Position numbers and translations under genes: made by a program. From an uncultured Collinsella sp. (lineage in GTDB: Bacteria; Actinomycetota; Coriobacteriia; Coriobacteriales; Coriobacteriaceae), in contig CATYVQ010000009.1 of NCBI GenBank assembly GCA_958413895.1, forward strand, positions 7,804 to 71,803: DNA of 64,000 nucleotides, read 5' to 3'. Below are positions 49,357-59,248 of this stretch, piece after piece. How positions within the stretch are numbered: the stretch's first letter is position 1; each line of letters begins with the position of its first letter. The notes under the pieces are model-generated. The model was not told the DNA's origin. It searched no databases and saw only the letters and a list, made by a program, of their open reading frames with translations.

Positions 49357-51189
49357 ATGGCTCGACTGCATGTAATGGAACGCAGCCACGCTCAGGCCGT
49401 CATGGACGACCTGCACGATGCGCTCGGACGCCGTCTGGCGGTGAGTTCGCTCGCCCCGTGTCCCGTTGAGTTTACGGCAGCGCTCGTCAACCTGTGCTCC
49501 ACCCAGAGCTGCGGCAAGTGCACGCCCTGCCGTGTGGGCCTGAGCGCGCTGAGCGACCTGCTCGCCGATGTGCTCGAAGGGCGTGCCGATGAGTCTACGC
49601 TCAACCTGATTGAGCGCACGGCCTGCACTATCTACCTCTCGAGCGACTGCGCCATCGGTTACGAAGCCGGTGCCATGGCGCTCGCGGCCATTCGTGGCTT
49701 CCGCGACGACTTTGAGCACCACATCCGCGAGCATTCTTGCGGCTTTGACCGCGAGGCCCGCGTTCCGTGTGTCTCGGGCTGTCCGGCGCACGTCGACATT
49801 CCCGGTTACATTTCGCTCGTCGAGGCCGGCCGCTATGCCGATGCCGTCAAGGTCATCCGCAAGAATAACCCGCTGCCGCTCGTCTGCGGCCTGGTGTGCG
49901 AGCATCCCTGCGAGATGCACTGTCGCCGTGGCATGGTCGACGACCCCATGAACATCCTCGCCCTCAAGCGTTTTGCCGTTGAGCACAGTGACCTCAACGA
50001 CCACAAGCCGCATGTAGTGGACAACACCGGCAAGCGCATCGCCGTGATCGGCGGCGGCCCGGCCGGCCTTTCCTGCGCCTACTACCTGGCCGTGATGGGC
50101 CACAAGGTGACCATCTTTGAGCAGCGCCACCACCTGGGCGGCATGCTGCGCTATGGCATTCCCAGCTACCGTCTGCCGCGCGAGCGCCTGCAGGCCGAGA
50201 TCGACTGGATCTTGAGCGCCGGCATCGACGTGGAACTCGACCACTCCGTGAACGGCGAGGAGCTTGCTCGCCTGCGCGACGAGTTCGATGCCGTCTACCT
50301 GGCCATCGGTGCCCATAGCGACAAGAAGCTCGGCCTTCCGGGCGAAGAGGCGCCCGGCGTGGAGTCGGCCGTCAAGATGCTGCGTGCCATTGGAGACGAC
50401 GAGCTACCCGACCTGAGCGGCCAGCGCGTGTGCGTCATCGGCGGCGGCAACGTGGCCATGGACGTGGCGCGCTCTGCCGTGCGCTGCGGTGCCGAAAAGG
50501 TAAGCATCGTCTACCGCCGTCGCATCTGCGATATGACGGCTCAGGACGCTGAGATTGCCGGCGCCCAGGCCGAGGGTTGCGAGGTTCTGGAGCTGACGGC
50601 GCCGTTCGCCATCGAGACGGGCGAAGATGGTCGCGTGAGCGGCCTGCGCGTACAGCCGCAGATTATCGGCGAGCCCCGCCGCGGGCGCCCGGCCCCGCGT
50701 GCCGCCGCCACGTCCGAGCAGGTCATTCCCTGCGAGCGCGTGTTCGTGGCCATTGGTCAGGACATCGACTCCAAGCCGTTTGAGGACATGGGCATCGCCT
50801 GCAAGTGGGGTCGCGTCGTCACCGATTCGGACGGCGCCGTGCCCAACTTCGATGGCCTCTTTAGCGGCGGCGACTGCCAGACCGGCCCCGCCACCGTCAT
50901 CCGCGCCATCAATGCCGGTCGCGTGGCTTCGGCAAACATCGACCGCTATCTGGGCTTCGACCACAAGATCAAGCTCGACGTGGAGCTGCCGACCGTCCAG
51001 TTTAAGGGCAAGCACGAGTGCGGCCGCTGCGAGCTGGGCGAGCGCGAGGCTGGCGAGCGTATTCACGATTGGAATCTGGTCGAGCAGGGCCTTACCGAGG
51101 AGGAGGCGCGCCAGGAGGCAAGCCGCTGCCTGCGTTGCGACCACTTTGGCTTTGGCGCGTTCCGCGGAGGGAGGAACCTGGAATGGTAG
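49357..51189 (+). CDS. GltD-like NAD(P)/FAD oxidoreductase with a NuoF-type N-terminal Fe-S domain (hydrogenase partner)
   Basis: QSCGKCTPCRVG; PCVSGCPAH; CGLVCEHPCE; GGGPAG; GGGNVAMD; EASRCLRCD. Confidence 0.88.
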   Translation: MARLHVMERSHAQAVMDDLHDALGRRLAVSSLAPCPVEFTAALVNLCSTQSCGKCTPCRVGLSALSDLLADVLEGRADESTLNLIERTACTIYLSSDCAIGYEAGAMALAAIRGFRDDFEHHIREHSCGFDREARVPCVSGCPAHVDIPGYISLVEAGRYADAVKVIRKNNPLPLVCGLVCEHPCEMHCRRGMVDDPMNILALKRFAVEHSDLNDHKPHVVDNTGKRIAVIGGGPAGLSCAYYLAVMGHKVTIFEQRHHLGGMLRYGIPSYRLPRERLQAEIDWILSAGIDVELDHSVNGEELARLRDEFDAVYLAIGAHSDKKLGLPGEEAPGVESAVKMLRAIGDDELPDLSGQRVCVIGGGNVAMDVARSAVRCGAEKVSIVYRRRICDMTAQDAEIAGAQAEGCEVLELTAPFAIETGEDGRVSGLRVQPQIIGEPRRGRPAPRAAATSEQVIPCERVFVAIGQDIDSKPFEDMGIACKWGRVVTDSDGAVPNFDGLFSGGDCQTGPATVIRAINAGRVASANIDRYLGFDHKIKLDVELPTVQFKGKHECGRCELGEREAGERIHDWNLVEQGLTEEEARQEASRCLRCDHFGFGAFRGGRNLEW

Positions 51190-52994
51190 AGCTCAACAAC
51201 CCCACTGTCAGCGACAACACCGAAAGCGGAGCACTCAATATGGTCAAGCTCACTATCGATAATTGCGAGGTCGTGGTACCCGAGCACACCACGATCCTGG
51301 ACGCGGCCAAGTCCGTCGGTATCCAGATTCCCACCCTGTGCTACCTGCGCGATCTGAACGAGATCGGCGGCTGCCGCGTGTGCGTGGTCGAGGTTGAGGG
51401 CTGCGACCAGCTGGTTGCCGCCTGCAACAACTACGTGCTCGATGGCATGGTGGTCCACACCAACAGCCCCAAGGCCCGCGAGGCCCGTCGCACCAACGTG
51501 CAGCTGCTGCTGTCCCAGCACGATTCGCAGTGCACGAGCTGCGTGCGCAGCGGCAACTGCAACCTACAGACCATCGCCAACGACCTGGGCATTTTCTATC
51601 TGCCGTATCAAAGGCATTTGGCGGGCGAGGGCTGGGATTTCGATTTCCCCATCATCCGCGAAAACGACAAGTGCATCAAATGCATGCGCTGCATCAAGGT
51701 ATGCGAGAGCGTGCAGGGCCTAGGGATTTGGGACCTGACCAACCGCGCCACGCATACCGCCGTGGGTACCCGCGGGCGCACGCCGATCGGCAAGACCGAT
51801 TGCGTCGCGTGCGGCCAGTGCATTACGCATTGCCCGACGGGCGCACTGCGCGAGCGCGACGATACCGAGACCGTGTTTGACGCGCTCGCTAATCCTGACA
51901 AGATCGTGTTGGTGCAGATTGCGCCGGCCGTGCGTAGCGCCTGGGGCGAGGAGCTCGGCATTCCGCGCGAGGAGGCTACCGTCGAGCGCCTGGCTTGCGC
52001 GCTGCGCCGCGTGGGCTTTGAGTACGTGTTCGACACCGACTTCTCGGCTGATCTCACCATTATGGAGGAGGGCTCCGAGCTGCTCGAGCGCCTGGGCGCC
52101 GCCGCTAAGGGTGAGGACGATAGCCGCGGCTGGCCCATGTTCACGAGCTGCTGCCCGGGCTGGGTGCGCTTTGTGAAGGCGCGCTATCCGGAGTTTGTCG
52201 ACAGCCTGTCCACGTCCAAGTCGCCGCAGCAGATGTTCGGCGCCATCGCCAAGACCTACTACGCCAAGGTGCTGGGCGTGGAGCCCGAGCGCCTGTTCGT
52301 GGTGTCCGTTATGCCGTGCACGGCCAAGAAGGCTGAGTGCGCGCTGCCGAGCATGGTGGGCGAGAGCGGCGCACCCGATGTGGACGTTGCGCTGACGGTG
52401 CGCGAGATGGTGCGCATGATCCGCGCGAGCCACGTGAGCGTGGACACGCTGGTTGAGGAGCCGCTCGATACGCCGCTGGGCTTTGGCACAGGCGCGGGCG
52501 TGATCTTTGGCGCCACGGGCGGTGTGATGGAGGCCGCCGTGCGCTCGGCATATTACCTGGTGACGGGCAAGAACCCCGACGCCGACTTCTTTACCGATGT
52601 GCGCGGCCTGGACGGCTGGAAGGAAGCCGTGGCCGATATCGATGGCACCAAGGTGCGCGTCGCCGTGGCACATGGGCTGGGCAACGCCGCCCGTCTGCTC
52701 GACGCGATTCGCGACGGCCGCGTGAGCTATGACTTCGTCGAGGTCATGGCATGCCCGGGCGGCTGCGTCGGTGGCGGTGGTCAGCCCATCCACGACGGCT
52801 GCGAGCTGGCAGCCGAGCGCGGTCAGGTGCTCTGGGGCCTCGATGCGAACGCCGAGATTCGCTTCTCGCACGAGAATCCCGATGTCCAGGCGTGCTATCG
52901 CGAGTTCTTGGGCGAGCCGCTCTCGCCGCTGGCCGAGGAGCTGCTGCATACCGACCATCACGCATGGACGATGCCTAACGAGGGGACGTGCTAG
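51183..52994 (+). CDS. hydA: [FeFe]-hydrogenase catalytic subunit
   Basis: H-cluster motifs TSCCPGW, MPCTAKKAE, EVMACPGGCVGGGGQP; N-terminal 2Fe-2S, His-ligated 4Fe-4S and 2x4Fe-4S motifs; start 51183 or 51240. Confidence 0.95.
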   Translation: MVELNNPTVSDNTESGALNMVKLTIDNCEVVVPEHTTILDAAKSVGIQIPTLCYLRDLNEIGGCRVCVVEVEGCDQLVAACNNYVLDGMVVHTNSPKAREARRTNVQLLLSQHDSQCTSCVRSGNCNLQTIANDLGIFYLPYQRHLAGEGWDFDFPIIRENDKCIKCMRCIKVCESVQGLGIWDLTNRATHTAVGTRGRTPIGKTDCVACGQCITHCPTGALRERDDTETVFDALANPDKIVLVQIAPAVRSAWGEELGIPREEATVERLACALRRVGFEYVFDTDFSADLTIMEEGSELLERLGAAAKGEDDSRGWPMFTSCCPGWVRFVKARYPEFVDSLSTSKSPQQMFGAIAKTYYAKVLGVEPERLFVVSVMPCTAKKAECALPSMVGESGAPDVDVALTVREMVRMIRASHVSVDTLVEEPLDTPLGFGTGAGVIFGATGGVMEAAVRSAYYLVTGKNPDADFFTDVRGLDGWKEAVADIDGTKVRVAVAHGLGNAARLLDAIRDGRVSYDFVEVMACPGGCVGGGGQPIHDGCELAAERGQVLWGLDANAEIRFSHENPDVQACYREFLGEPLSPLAEELLHTDHHAWTMPNEGTC

Positions 52995-52996
52995 CG

Positions 52997-54052
52997 ATGC
53001 GCGCGTTTGATTTTGAAATGTCGCGCCGGGGGTTTGCCTCGGCGCTCGCCGCGGGCGCCCTGTCACTTGCGCTCGCGGGCTGTGGCGGCGGGGCTGCCGG
53101 TGCCGGGTCTGCTGCGGGCTCGGCTGCCGCGGACGGCGTCAGTGCCGCCGCAGAGCCGGTCGAGGTGCATGTCGCCTCGCTCAAGGGGCCGACGTCGATC
53201 GGTCTGGTGCGGTTTATGGATCAGGCGGCCGATGGCGAGACGGACAATGAGTTCGACTTTGCGATCAACACTGCCGCCGACGAGATCGTGCCCAAGGTCA
53301 TTCAGGGCGATGTCGATATCGCCCTGGTGCCCGCCAACGTGGCGAGCGTGCTCTACAATAAGACCGAGGGAGCGGTGCAGGTCATCGACATCAACACGCT
53401 GGGCGTGCTGAACGTTGTGACGGGCGACGCGAGTGTGGCCTCGTTTGGCGATCTGGCGGGCCATACTGTCTATATGACGGGCAAGGGCGCCACGCCGGAG
53501 TACGTCATGAACTACCTGCTGGAGCGCGCGGGCTTGGCCGGTCAGGTGACGCTCGAGTTTAAGAGCGAGCCTACCGAGGTGCTCTCGGCTCTGCTTGCCG
53601 ACCCGACTGCCGTGGGCGTGCTACCCGAGCCGTTCAAGACGGCGGCCATCGCCAAGAGCGAGGGCAAGCTGTCGGCACCGGTGAGCCTGACCGATGTGTG
53701 GGACGAGCTGGCAGGAGACACGGGCTCGCGCTTGCTGACGGGTGTGACCGTGGTGCGCCGTGCCTTTGCCGAGGAGCATCCCGAGGCCGTGGCGGAATTC
53801 CTGAGCTGCCATGCTGCGAGCGTTGAGGCCGTGAACGCGGCGCCGGCGGACTGGGCGCAGGCCGTGGTCGATGCGGGCATCGTGGATAACGCCACGATTG
53901 CCGAAAAGGCGATTCCCGGGTGCATGCTTGTCTGCCAGACAGGGAAGGATATGAAGGCCGCGCTCGGTGGGTACCTGAAGGTGCTGGCCGATGCGGACGC
54001 GAGCGCCGTGGGCAGCAAGCTCCCGGCTGATGATTTCTACTACATGGAGTAA
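52997..54052 (+). CDS. ABC transporter substrate-binding lipoprotein (NitT/TauT-like)
   Basis: SRRGF twin-arginine signal, LAGC lipobox, LKGPTSIG, GKGATPE, LPEPF. Confidence 0.85.
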   Translation: MRAFDFEMSRRGFASALAAGALSLALAGCGGGAAGAGSAAGSAAADGVSAAAEPVEVHVASLKGPTSIGLVRFMDQAADGETDNEFDFAINTAADEIVPKVIQGDVDIALVPANVASVLYNKTEGAVQVIDINTLGVLNVVTGDASVASFGDLAGHTVYMTGKGATPEYVMNYLLERAGLAGQVTLEFKSEPTEVLSALLADPTAVGVLPEPFKTAAIAKSEGKLSAPVSLTDVWDELAGDTGSRLLTGVTVVRRAFAEEHPEAVAEFLSCHAASVEAVNAAPADWAQAVVDAGIVDNATIAEKAIPGCMLVCQTGKDMKAALGGYLKVLADADASAVGSKLPADDFYYME

Positions 54053-54055
54053 CCC

Positions 54056-55435
54056 GTGCGTGCGTTTGCTCGACAAATGATAGAGCGTATGAAGGCGGTG
54101 GCGGCAGTAGGTGCCGTTGCCGCCTTTTGGCTTGCCGTGTGGGTCTTCGTGGCGGCGCTGGTGGCACAGCCGCTGATTTTGCCGGGTCCGGGTGCTGTTG
54201 TGGTGGCGTTGCTGCGGCTGGTATGCGATGCCGGCACGTGGGCGATTCTGGCGGGCTCGGGTGCGCGGATTCTAGGCGGTTTGGCGCTTGCCGCGGTGTG
54301 CGGTGGTTTGCTGGCCGGAATTTCGTCGCGCTCGCGGGCGTTTGCCCGCTTGGTGGCTCCGGCGCTTTCGTTTGTTAAGGCGACGCCGGTTGCCTGCGTG
54401 GTGGTCCTGCTGCTCATTTGGCTGGGGTCGGCGCGCGTAAGCATTGCGGCGGTCTTTTTGATGGCGCTGCCGGGAGTGTATTTTTCGCTGGTCGAGGGCT
54501 TGACGCAAGCGGATAAACCGTTGGAGCAGATGTTTCGTCTGCATGGCGTGCGGGGTTGGCGACTGTTTTGTGCCCACATCTGGCGCGAAGTCCTGCCGTT
54601 TGTGCTTTCGTGCGCCCGCGCCGTGATTGGCATGAGCTGGAAGGCCGGCGTGGCGGCGGAGCTGATCGGCATGGCGGTGGGCACCGTGGGTGAGCGCATC
54701 TATCAGGCAAAGCTTTTGATTGAGACGGCTGATTTGCTGGCCTGGACCGTGCTGGTTGTTATGGCTTCGTGGGCATGCGAGCGCGTGCTGGTGTGGCTGC
54801 TGCGGGCTTCGGGGCCTGCGGCGTGGCGTGCGGCGGTGCTGTCGCATGGACGCGGCTTGCGCGGGCGTTCGGGCGACTCTGCTGGCGCCGGCGCTGCGGC
54901 GGAGCTTGCGCTTGCCGTGGGCGGTCGTGCGCCCTGGGCGCCGGCGCTCGACGGGCTGGTGCTTCGTGTGCCCACCGGTGGGCGCGCCTGCGTGATGGGC
55001 ACCTCGGGCGTGGGCAAGTCGACGCTGCTTGCGCTGGCGGCGGGGGAGTGCGCGCCGTGCTCCATGGTGTTTCAGGATGTGCGCCTGGTAGAGGGCGCCT
55101 CGGCTTTGGATAACGTGCTGGTGTGCGCCGACGCGCGCGTGGACGCCTCGAGTGCCGCGGCCCTGTTGCGCCTGCTGGTGCCGGGGGTCGATGTGCATGC
55201 TCGTGTGGCCGAGCTCTCGGGCGGGCAGCGCCGTCGCGTCGAGATTGCCCGAGCCCTGCTGTGCCCAGGCGACGCGGTGATTCTGGACGAGCCCTTTACC
55301 GGTCTAGATACCGCTGCGCGCGACGCATGCGCCGAGGTCGTGCTCGACTTGCTCGACGGCCGCATGCTGTTGCTTGCCACGCACGATGCCGCTGACGCTC
55401 GGGCCCTCAATATCTCGGACATCATCACGCTCTAA
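54056..55435 (+). CDS. Fused ABC permease plus compact ATPase (NitT/TauT-like)
   Basis: ILPGP and WKAGVAAEL permease motifs; GTSGVGKST, VFQD, LSGGQ, ILDEP, THD; start uncertain. Confidence 0.82.
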   Translation: MRAFARQMIERMKAVAAVGAVAAFWLAVWVFVAALVAQPLILPGPGAVVVALLRLVCDAGTWAILAGSGARILGGLALAAVCGGLLAGISSRSRAFARLVAPALSFVKATPVACVVVLLLIWLGSARVSIAAVFLMALPGVYFSLVEGLTQADKPLEQMFRLHGVRGWRLFCAHIWREVLPFVLSCARAVIGMSWKAGVAAELIGMAVGTVGERIYQAKLLIETADLLAWTVLVVMASWACERVLVWLLRASGPAAWRAAVLSHGRGLRGRSGDSAGAGAAAELALAVGGRAPWAPALDGLVLRVPTGGRACVMGTSGVGKSTLLALAAGECAPCSMVFQDVRLVEGASALDNVLVCADARVDASSAAALLRLLVPGVDVHARVAELSGGQRRRVEIARALLCPGDAVILDEPFTGLDTAARDACAEVVLDLLDGRMLLLATHDAADARALNISDIITL

Positions 55436-55652
55436 ATACTTACTCAGCAACAAAATGATCCGTTTTTTCTCCGTCCCCATAGGGTCGGATATGGTATTCT
55501 ATCTGCGGGGGTAATACTTAGGAATACCAAGTCATACCACCGCCGTAAAAACAAACTCCAGATGCGGGCCAATCGGGTTGCCTTCACAGCCCGTCGCCCA
55601 GCCGCGTGGCCCGCATCTATCCGCACCACCGTCGTTTCAAAAAGGAAGCGCC

Positions 55653-55853
55653 ATGGCAGAACACATGACCCCGGTTGTCGCGAAGGTCTTGCCCGAGGAA
55701 AAGGCGGCCTTCGCGGCGGCAACCCAGCTCGTGGGCACCACGCCGTCCAACGCCATCCGCATGTTCATCGCCGCCTTCAATCGCTGCGGCACCTTTCCGT
55801 TCGACATTTCGCCCAGCGGGGCCTTTGGCACTGCGCCCGATTCTCATCAATAA
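55653..55853 (+). CDS. RelB/DinJ-like antitoxin (ribbon-helix-helix), orphan
   Basis: AAGGAAG RBS; EEKAAF...GTTPSNAIRMFI...FPFD pattern. Confidence 0.72.
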   Translation: MAEHMTPVVAKVLPEEKAAFAAATQLVGTTPSNAIRMFIAAFNRCGTFPFDISPSGAFGTAPDSHQ

Positions 55854-55936
55854 GTGATCCGTTTTCCTCCGTCCCCATGGGATCAGCTCTCTGCCGAGTT
55901 GTGGTAGAACTAGGGAACGGTTTTGAGGAGGTTGGC

Positions 55937-56848
55937 ATGCTCAATGCGATAGCGTGGGCGCTTGCCTGTTTTGGCGTTGTCGCTGCCGATATAGCCCTGA
56001 GCGTGGTTCTGTTTTCTGTTCTCGATGCCGTGTCGGCGCTGACGGGCTATCCGATCGACAATCTCGATATCCAATGGTTCCAGGCTGCCGCTCAGACGGC
56101 GTCGTTTTTGATGGCGCTGCTGTGGTGGCGTTATCTGTGGCCGCGCTCGTTTATGGCGCGCCGGCAAGGCGAGCACCCGCTCGGTGGGGGAGCAGGCGCG
56201 GCATGGAAGCGCATCGTCTGCGTTGTCGTGATCGGCCTGTCCATGCAGGTGGTCATTAGCTATCTATGCGACGGCGTGCTGTCGCTGCTGCCCGAGGTCG
56301 CGGCAGACTATAGCGAGCTCGTCGAGGAAACAGGCATGGGCGACACGAGCTATCTGGCCGTTCTGACCACGGTGATTGGCGCGCCATTTTGCGAAGAGCT
56401 CCTGGTGCGCGGCATCATCTTTGAGTTCTCACTGCGTGCGTTTAATCCACAGTGCCATCCGCTCTGGAAACGTCGGCGCCGCGTGAACGCGCAAGACGGC
56501 GCCATAGTGCCCTGGGCGGCCCCGAGTGCCTGGGGCGTCGCCGCGGCAATCGTACTGCAGGCGGCGGTCTTCGGCTTTATGCACATGAACTGGGTGCAGG
56601 GCTGCTATGCGGGTGTTGCCGGCCTCATCTTTGGCTGGGTGCTCGTGACCACCGGAAAGCTCCGTTACACGATCCTGCTGCACTTTGCCTTTAATGCCGG
56701 GTCGTATCTCATGACGTTGCTCTGGTTTGTGAACACGCCGTTCGACGTGGCAATTACGGTCGCTATCGCCGGCGTCATCCTTGTTGAGGCAATGCGCTTG
56801 CTACGCCACGCGTGTGGGATGGACGCAGCGAGCGCACCGCTGCCCTAG
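55937..56848 (+). CDS. CPBP/Abi (CAAX-type) intramembrane protease
   Basis: GAGGAGG RBS; EELLVRG, FGFMH, ILLHFAFN. Confidence 0.88.
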   Translation: MLNAIAWALACFGVVAADIALSVVLFSVLDAVSALTGYPIDNLDIQWFQAAAQTASFLMALLWWRYLWPRSFMARRQGEHPLGGGAGAAWKRIVCVVVIGLSMQVVISYLCDGVLSLLPEVAADYSELVEETGMGDTSYLAVLTTVIGAPFCEELLVRGIIFEFSLRAFNPQCHPLWKRRRRVNAQDGAIVPWAAPSAWGVAAAIVLQAAVFGFMHMNWVQGCYAGVAGLIFGWVLVTTGKLRYTILLHFAFNAGSYLMTLLWFVNTPFDVAITVAIAGVILVEAMRLLRHACGMDAASAPLP

Positions 56849-58980
56849 TTGCGACGCCCGCCTCCGTTGGCGCCCTGTCGTCCCTGGGCCGCGCGGTTGC
56901 GGCCTGCGGTGTTCTGCGCACGCGACATGCCGCCGTGGCCCTTGCTGCCCTTGGGCCCCTTGCCGGCGGCGCCACCGTGGGCCTTGCTGCCCTTCTTGCC
57001 GGTCCCATGTCCGCCGCCAGCAGACGTCTCGCCCGGGCGCGGCGGTACGGGACGGATCAGGCAATGCTTGGTGTAGCCGATTAGATCTCGGCGGCCGGCC
57101 TTTTCCAGCGCCTCACGCACAAGCTTGTAGTTCTCGGGCTTGCGGTATTGGATGAGCGCACGCTGCATGGCCTTTTCGTGCGGGTCGCGTGCCACGTAGA
57201 TCGGCTGCATAGTGCGCGGATCCACGCCGGTGTAGTACATGCAGGTCGACATGGTGGACGGCGTGGGGTAGAAGTCCTGCACCTGCTCGGGCATGTAGCC
57301 CATGTCGCGCACGGCCTCGGCAAGGTCCACGGCTTCCTTCATGGTCGAGCCGGGGTGGCTCGAGATCAGATACGGCACAACGTACTGCTTGAGTCCGTAT
57401 TCGCGGTTCAAGCGCTCAAATTTGCGGCAGAACGCATCGTAGACGGCGCGGCTCGGCTTGCCCATCACGGAGAGCACCGCGTCGCTCACATGCTCGGGCG
57501 CCACGCGCAGCTGGCCCGAGACATGGTGCTCCAGCAGCTCGCGCAAAAACTCGTCCGAGGCATCGGCCATAGTGTAGTCAAAACGGATGCCGCTGCGGAC
57601 GAAGACCTTCTTGACGCCCGGCAGCTGGCGCAGGTCGCGCAGCAGCTGCGTGTAGCCGCTCTCGTCGACCACCATGTTCTTGCACACGCTCGGCCATAGG
57701 CAGCGCTTGTTCTTGCACACGCCGTGTTTGAGCTGCTTGTCGCAGGCCGGGCGGCTAAAGTTGGCCGTCGGTCCGCCCACGTCGTTGATGTAGCCCTTAA
57801 ACTCGGGGTCGTGTGTGAGCAGCTCGGCCTCGCGCATGATCGAGTCGTGGCTGCGCATCTGCAGCACGCGGCCCTGGTGGAAGGTCAGCGCGCAAAACGA
57901 GCACTCACCAAAGCACCCGCGGTTGGAGCTGATTGAAAACTTGATCTCGGCAAAGGCTGGCACGCCGCCCGCTGCGTCGTAATCGGGATGCCAATCGCGT
58001 GCGTAGGGGAGTTCGGCCACCTCGTCCATCTCGTCGGTGGTGAGCGTGGCCGACGGTGGGTTCTGCACCACATAGACGCTGTTGGGGTAGGGCTCTACCA
58101 GACGATGCCCGGTGATGGGGTCCATGTTCTGCTGCTGCACGTTAAAGCTGCGCGCGTAGTTGAGCTTGTCGGCGGTAAGGTCGTCCCAGCTGGGCAGCAG
58201 GTCGTAGTCGTAGATCTCGTCGAGCGAACCCGTGCGGTAAACGGTGCCGTTGATATAGGTGATCTGATCGACGGGCAGCCCCGCGTCGAGCGCGTCGGCG
58301 ATCTCGACGATTGCGTGCTCGCCCATGCCGTAGATGAGGATGTCGGCGCCCGAGTCGAGCAGCACCGAGCGCTTGAGCTTGTCCTGCCAGTAGTCGTAGT
58401 GGGCCAGGCGGCGCAGGCTTGCCTCGATGCCGCCGATAATGATGGGAGCGTCCTTAAACGTCTGACGGATGAGATTGCCGTAGACCGTGACGGCACGGTT
58501 GGGGCGGTGACCTTCCTCGCCGCCGGGGGTATAGGCGTCGGTGTGGCGGCGGTGCTTGGTTACCGAATAGTGGTTGACCATGGAGTCCATGTTGCCGGCA
58601 CTGACCAAAAAGCCCAGGCGCGGCTCACCGAGCACGCTGATGCTGGCGGGATCGGTCCAGTCGGGTTGGCAGATGATGCCCACTTTGTAGCCGTGCGCGT
58701 CGAGTACGCGGCTGATGATGGCCATACCAAAGCTGGGGTGGTCCACGTAGGCGTCGCCGCAGATGTAGACGAAGTCACACTGGTCCCAACCGCGCGCGTC
58801 CATATCGGCGCGGCTGACGGGAAGGAACTTATCGCGGCCCGGGCGCCAGGGACGGGCGGGCGCTGCCGGGGTATGAGCGGCGTGGCCGCCCTGGGCCTTG
58901 CCGCCGCGCTTTTGCTGCTGGCCCTGTTTGCCCTGCTGACTGCGCTGGTTATTCTGAGCGTGCTGAGGCTTTTTTGCCAC
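56845..58980 (-). CDS. YgiQ family radical SAM protein
   Basis: GDAYVDHPSFG, CFGECSFC, DVGGPTAN, QVQDFYPTP; GTG start after GGAGG. Confidence 0.92.
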   Translation of the reverse strand: MAKKPQHAQNNQRSQQGKQGQQQKRGGKAQGGHAAHTPAAPARPWRPGRDKFLPVSRADMDARGWDQCDFVYICGDAYVDHPSFGMAIISRVLDAHGYKVGIICQPDWTDPASISVLGEPRLGFLVSAGNMDSMVNHYSVTKHRRHTDAYTPGGEEGHRPNRAVTVYGNLIRQTFKDAPIIIGGIEASLRRLAHYDYWQDKLKRSVLLDSGADILIYGMGEHAIVEIADALDAGLPVDQITYINGTVYRTGSLDEIYDYDLLPSWDDLTADKLNYARSFNVQQQNMDPITGHRLVEPYPNSVYVVQNPPSATLTTDEMDEVAELPYARDWHPDYDAAGGVPAFAEIKFSISSNRGCFGECSFCALTFHQGRVLQMRSHDSIMREAELLTHDPEFKGYINDVGGPTANFSRPACDKQLKHGVCKNKRCLWPSVCKNMVVDESGYTQLLRDLRQLPGVKKVFVRSGIRFDYTMADASDEFLRELLEHHVSGQLRVAPEHVSDAVLSVMGKPSRAVYDAFCRKFERLNREYGLKQYVVPYLISSHPGSTMKEAVDLAEAVRDMGYMPEQVQDFYPTPSTMSTCMYYTGVDPRTMQPIYVARDPHEKAMQRALIQYRKPENYKLVREALEKAGRRDLIGYTKHCLIRPVPPRPGETSAGGGHGTGKKGSKAHGGAAGKGPKGSKGHGGMSRAQNTAGRNRAAQGRQGANGGGRRN

Positions 58981-59248
58981 GATCCCTCCCGGTGTTTGTA
59001 TGCTGCACGTAATTGTAACCAGTCTTTTTGGGACGGGGCTAAAAAGACTGGTGGAGTACACGAGCTGGTGGATCGGCGCGTCAGTGCGGGTGTCGGCGCC
59101 GCGCCCGCTGTTTGTTTCCAGACTGTGTATCTGCGCGTTGGAGAACCCGTCTCGCGCGCACGCCATGTTGTCAATGGGTTACAGTATGAACGGCGGCTAT
59201 GTTTCCGCCAACGCACGAGAGAGTCGTCAACAGGGAGGATGCACGGCG

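Noticed and set aside
55562..55936. N-terminal extension of the CPBP protease in the ORF track
   Set aside because: A strong RBS precedes ATG 55937, and the upstream region holds the RelB-like gene in another frame.
58981..59248. Overlapping N-terminal extensions of the ygiQ and yoaK ORFs
   Set aside because: RBS-supported starts at 58980 (-) and 59249 (+) leave an ordinary divergent intergenic region.
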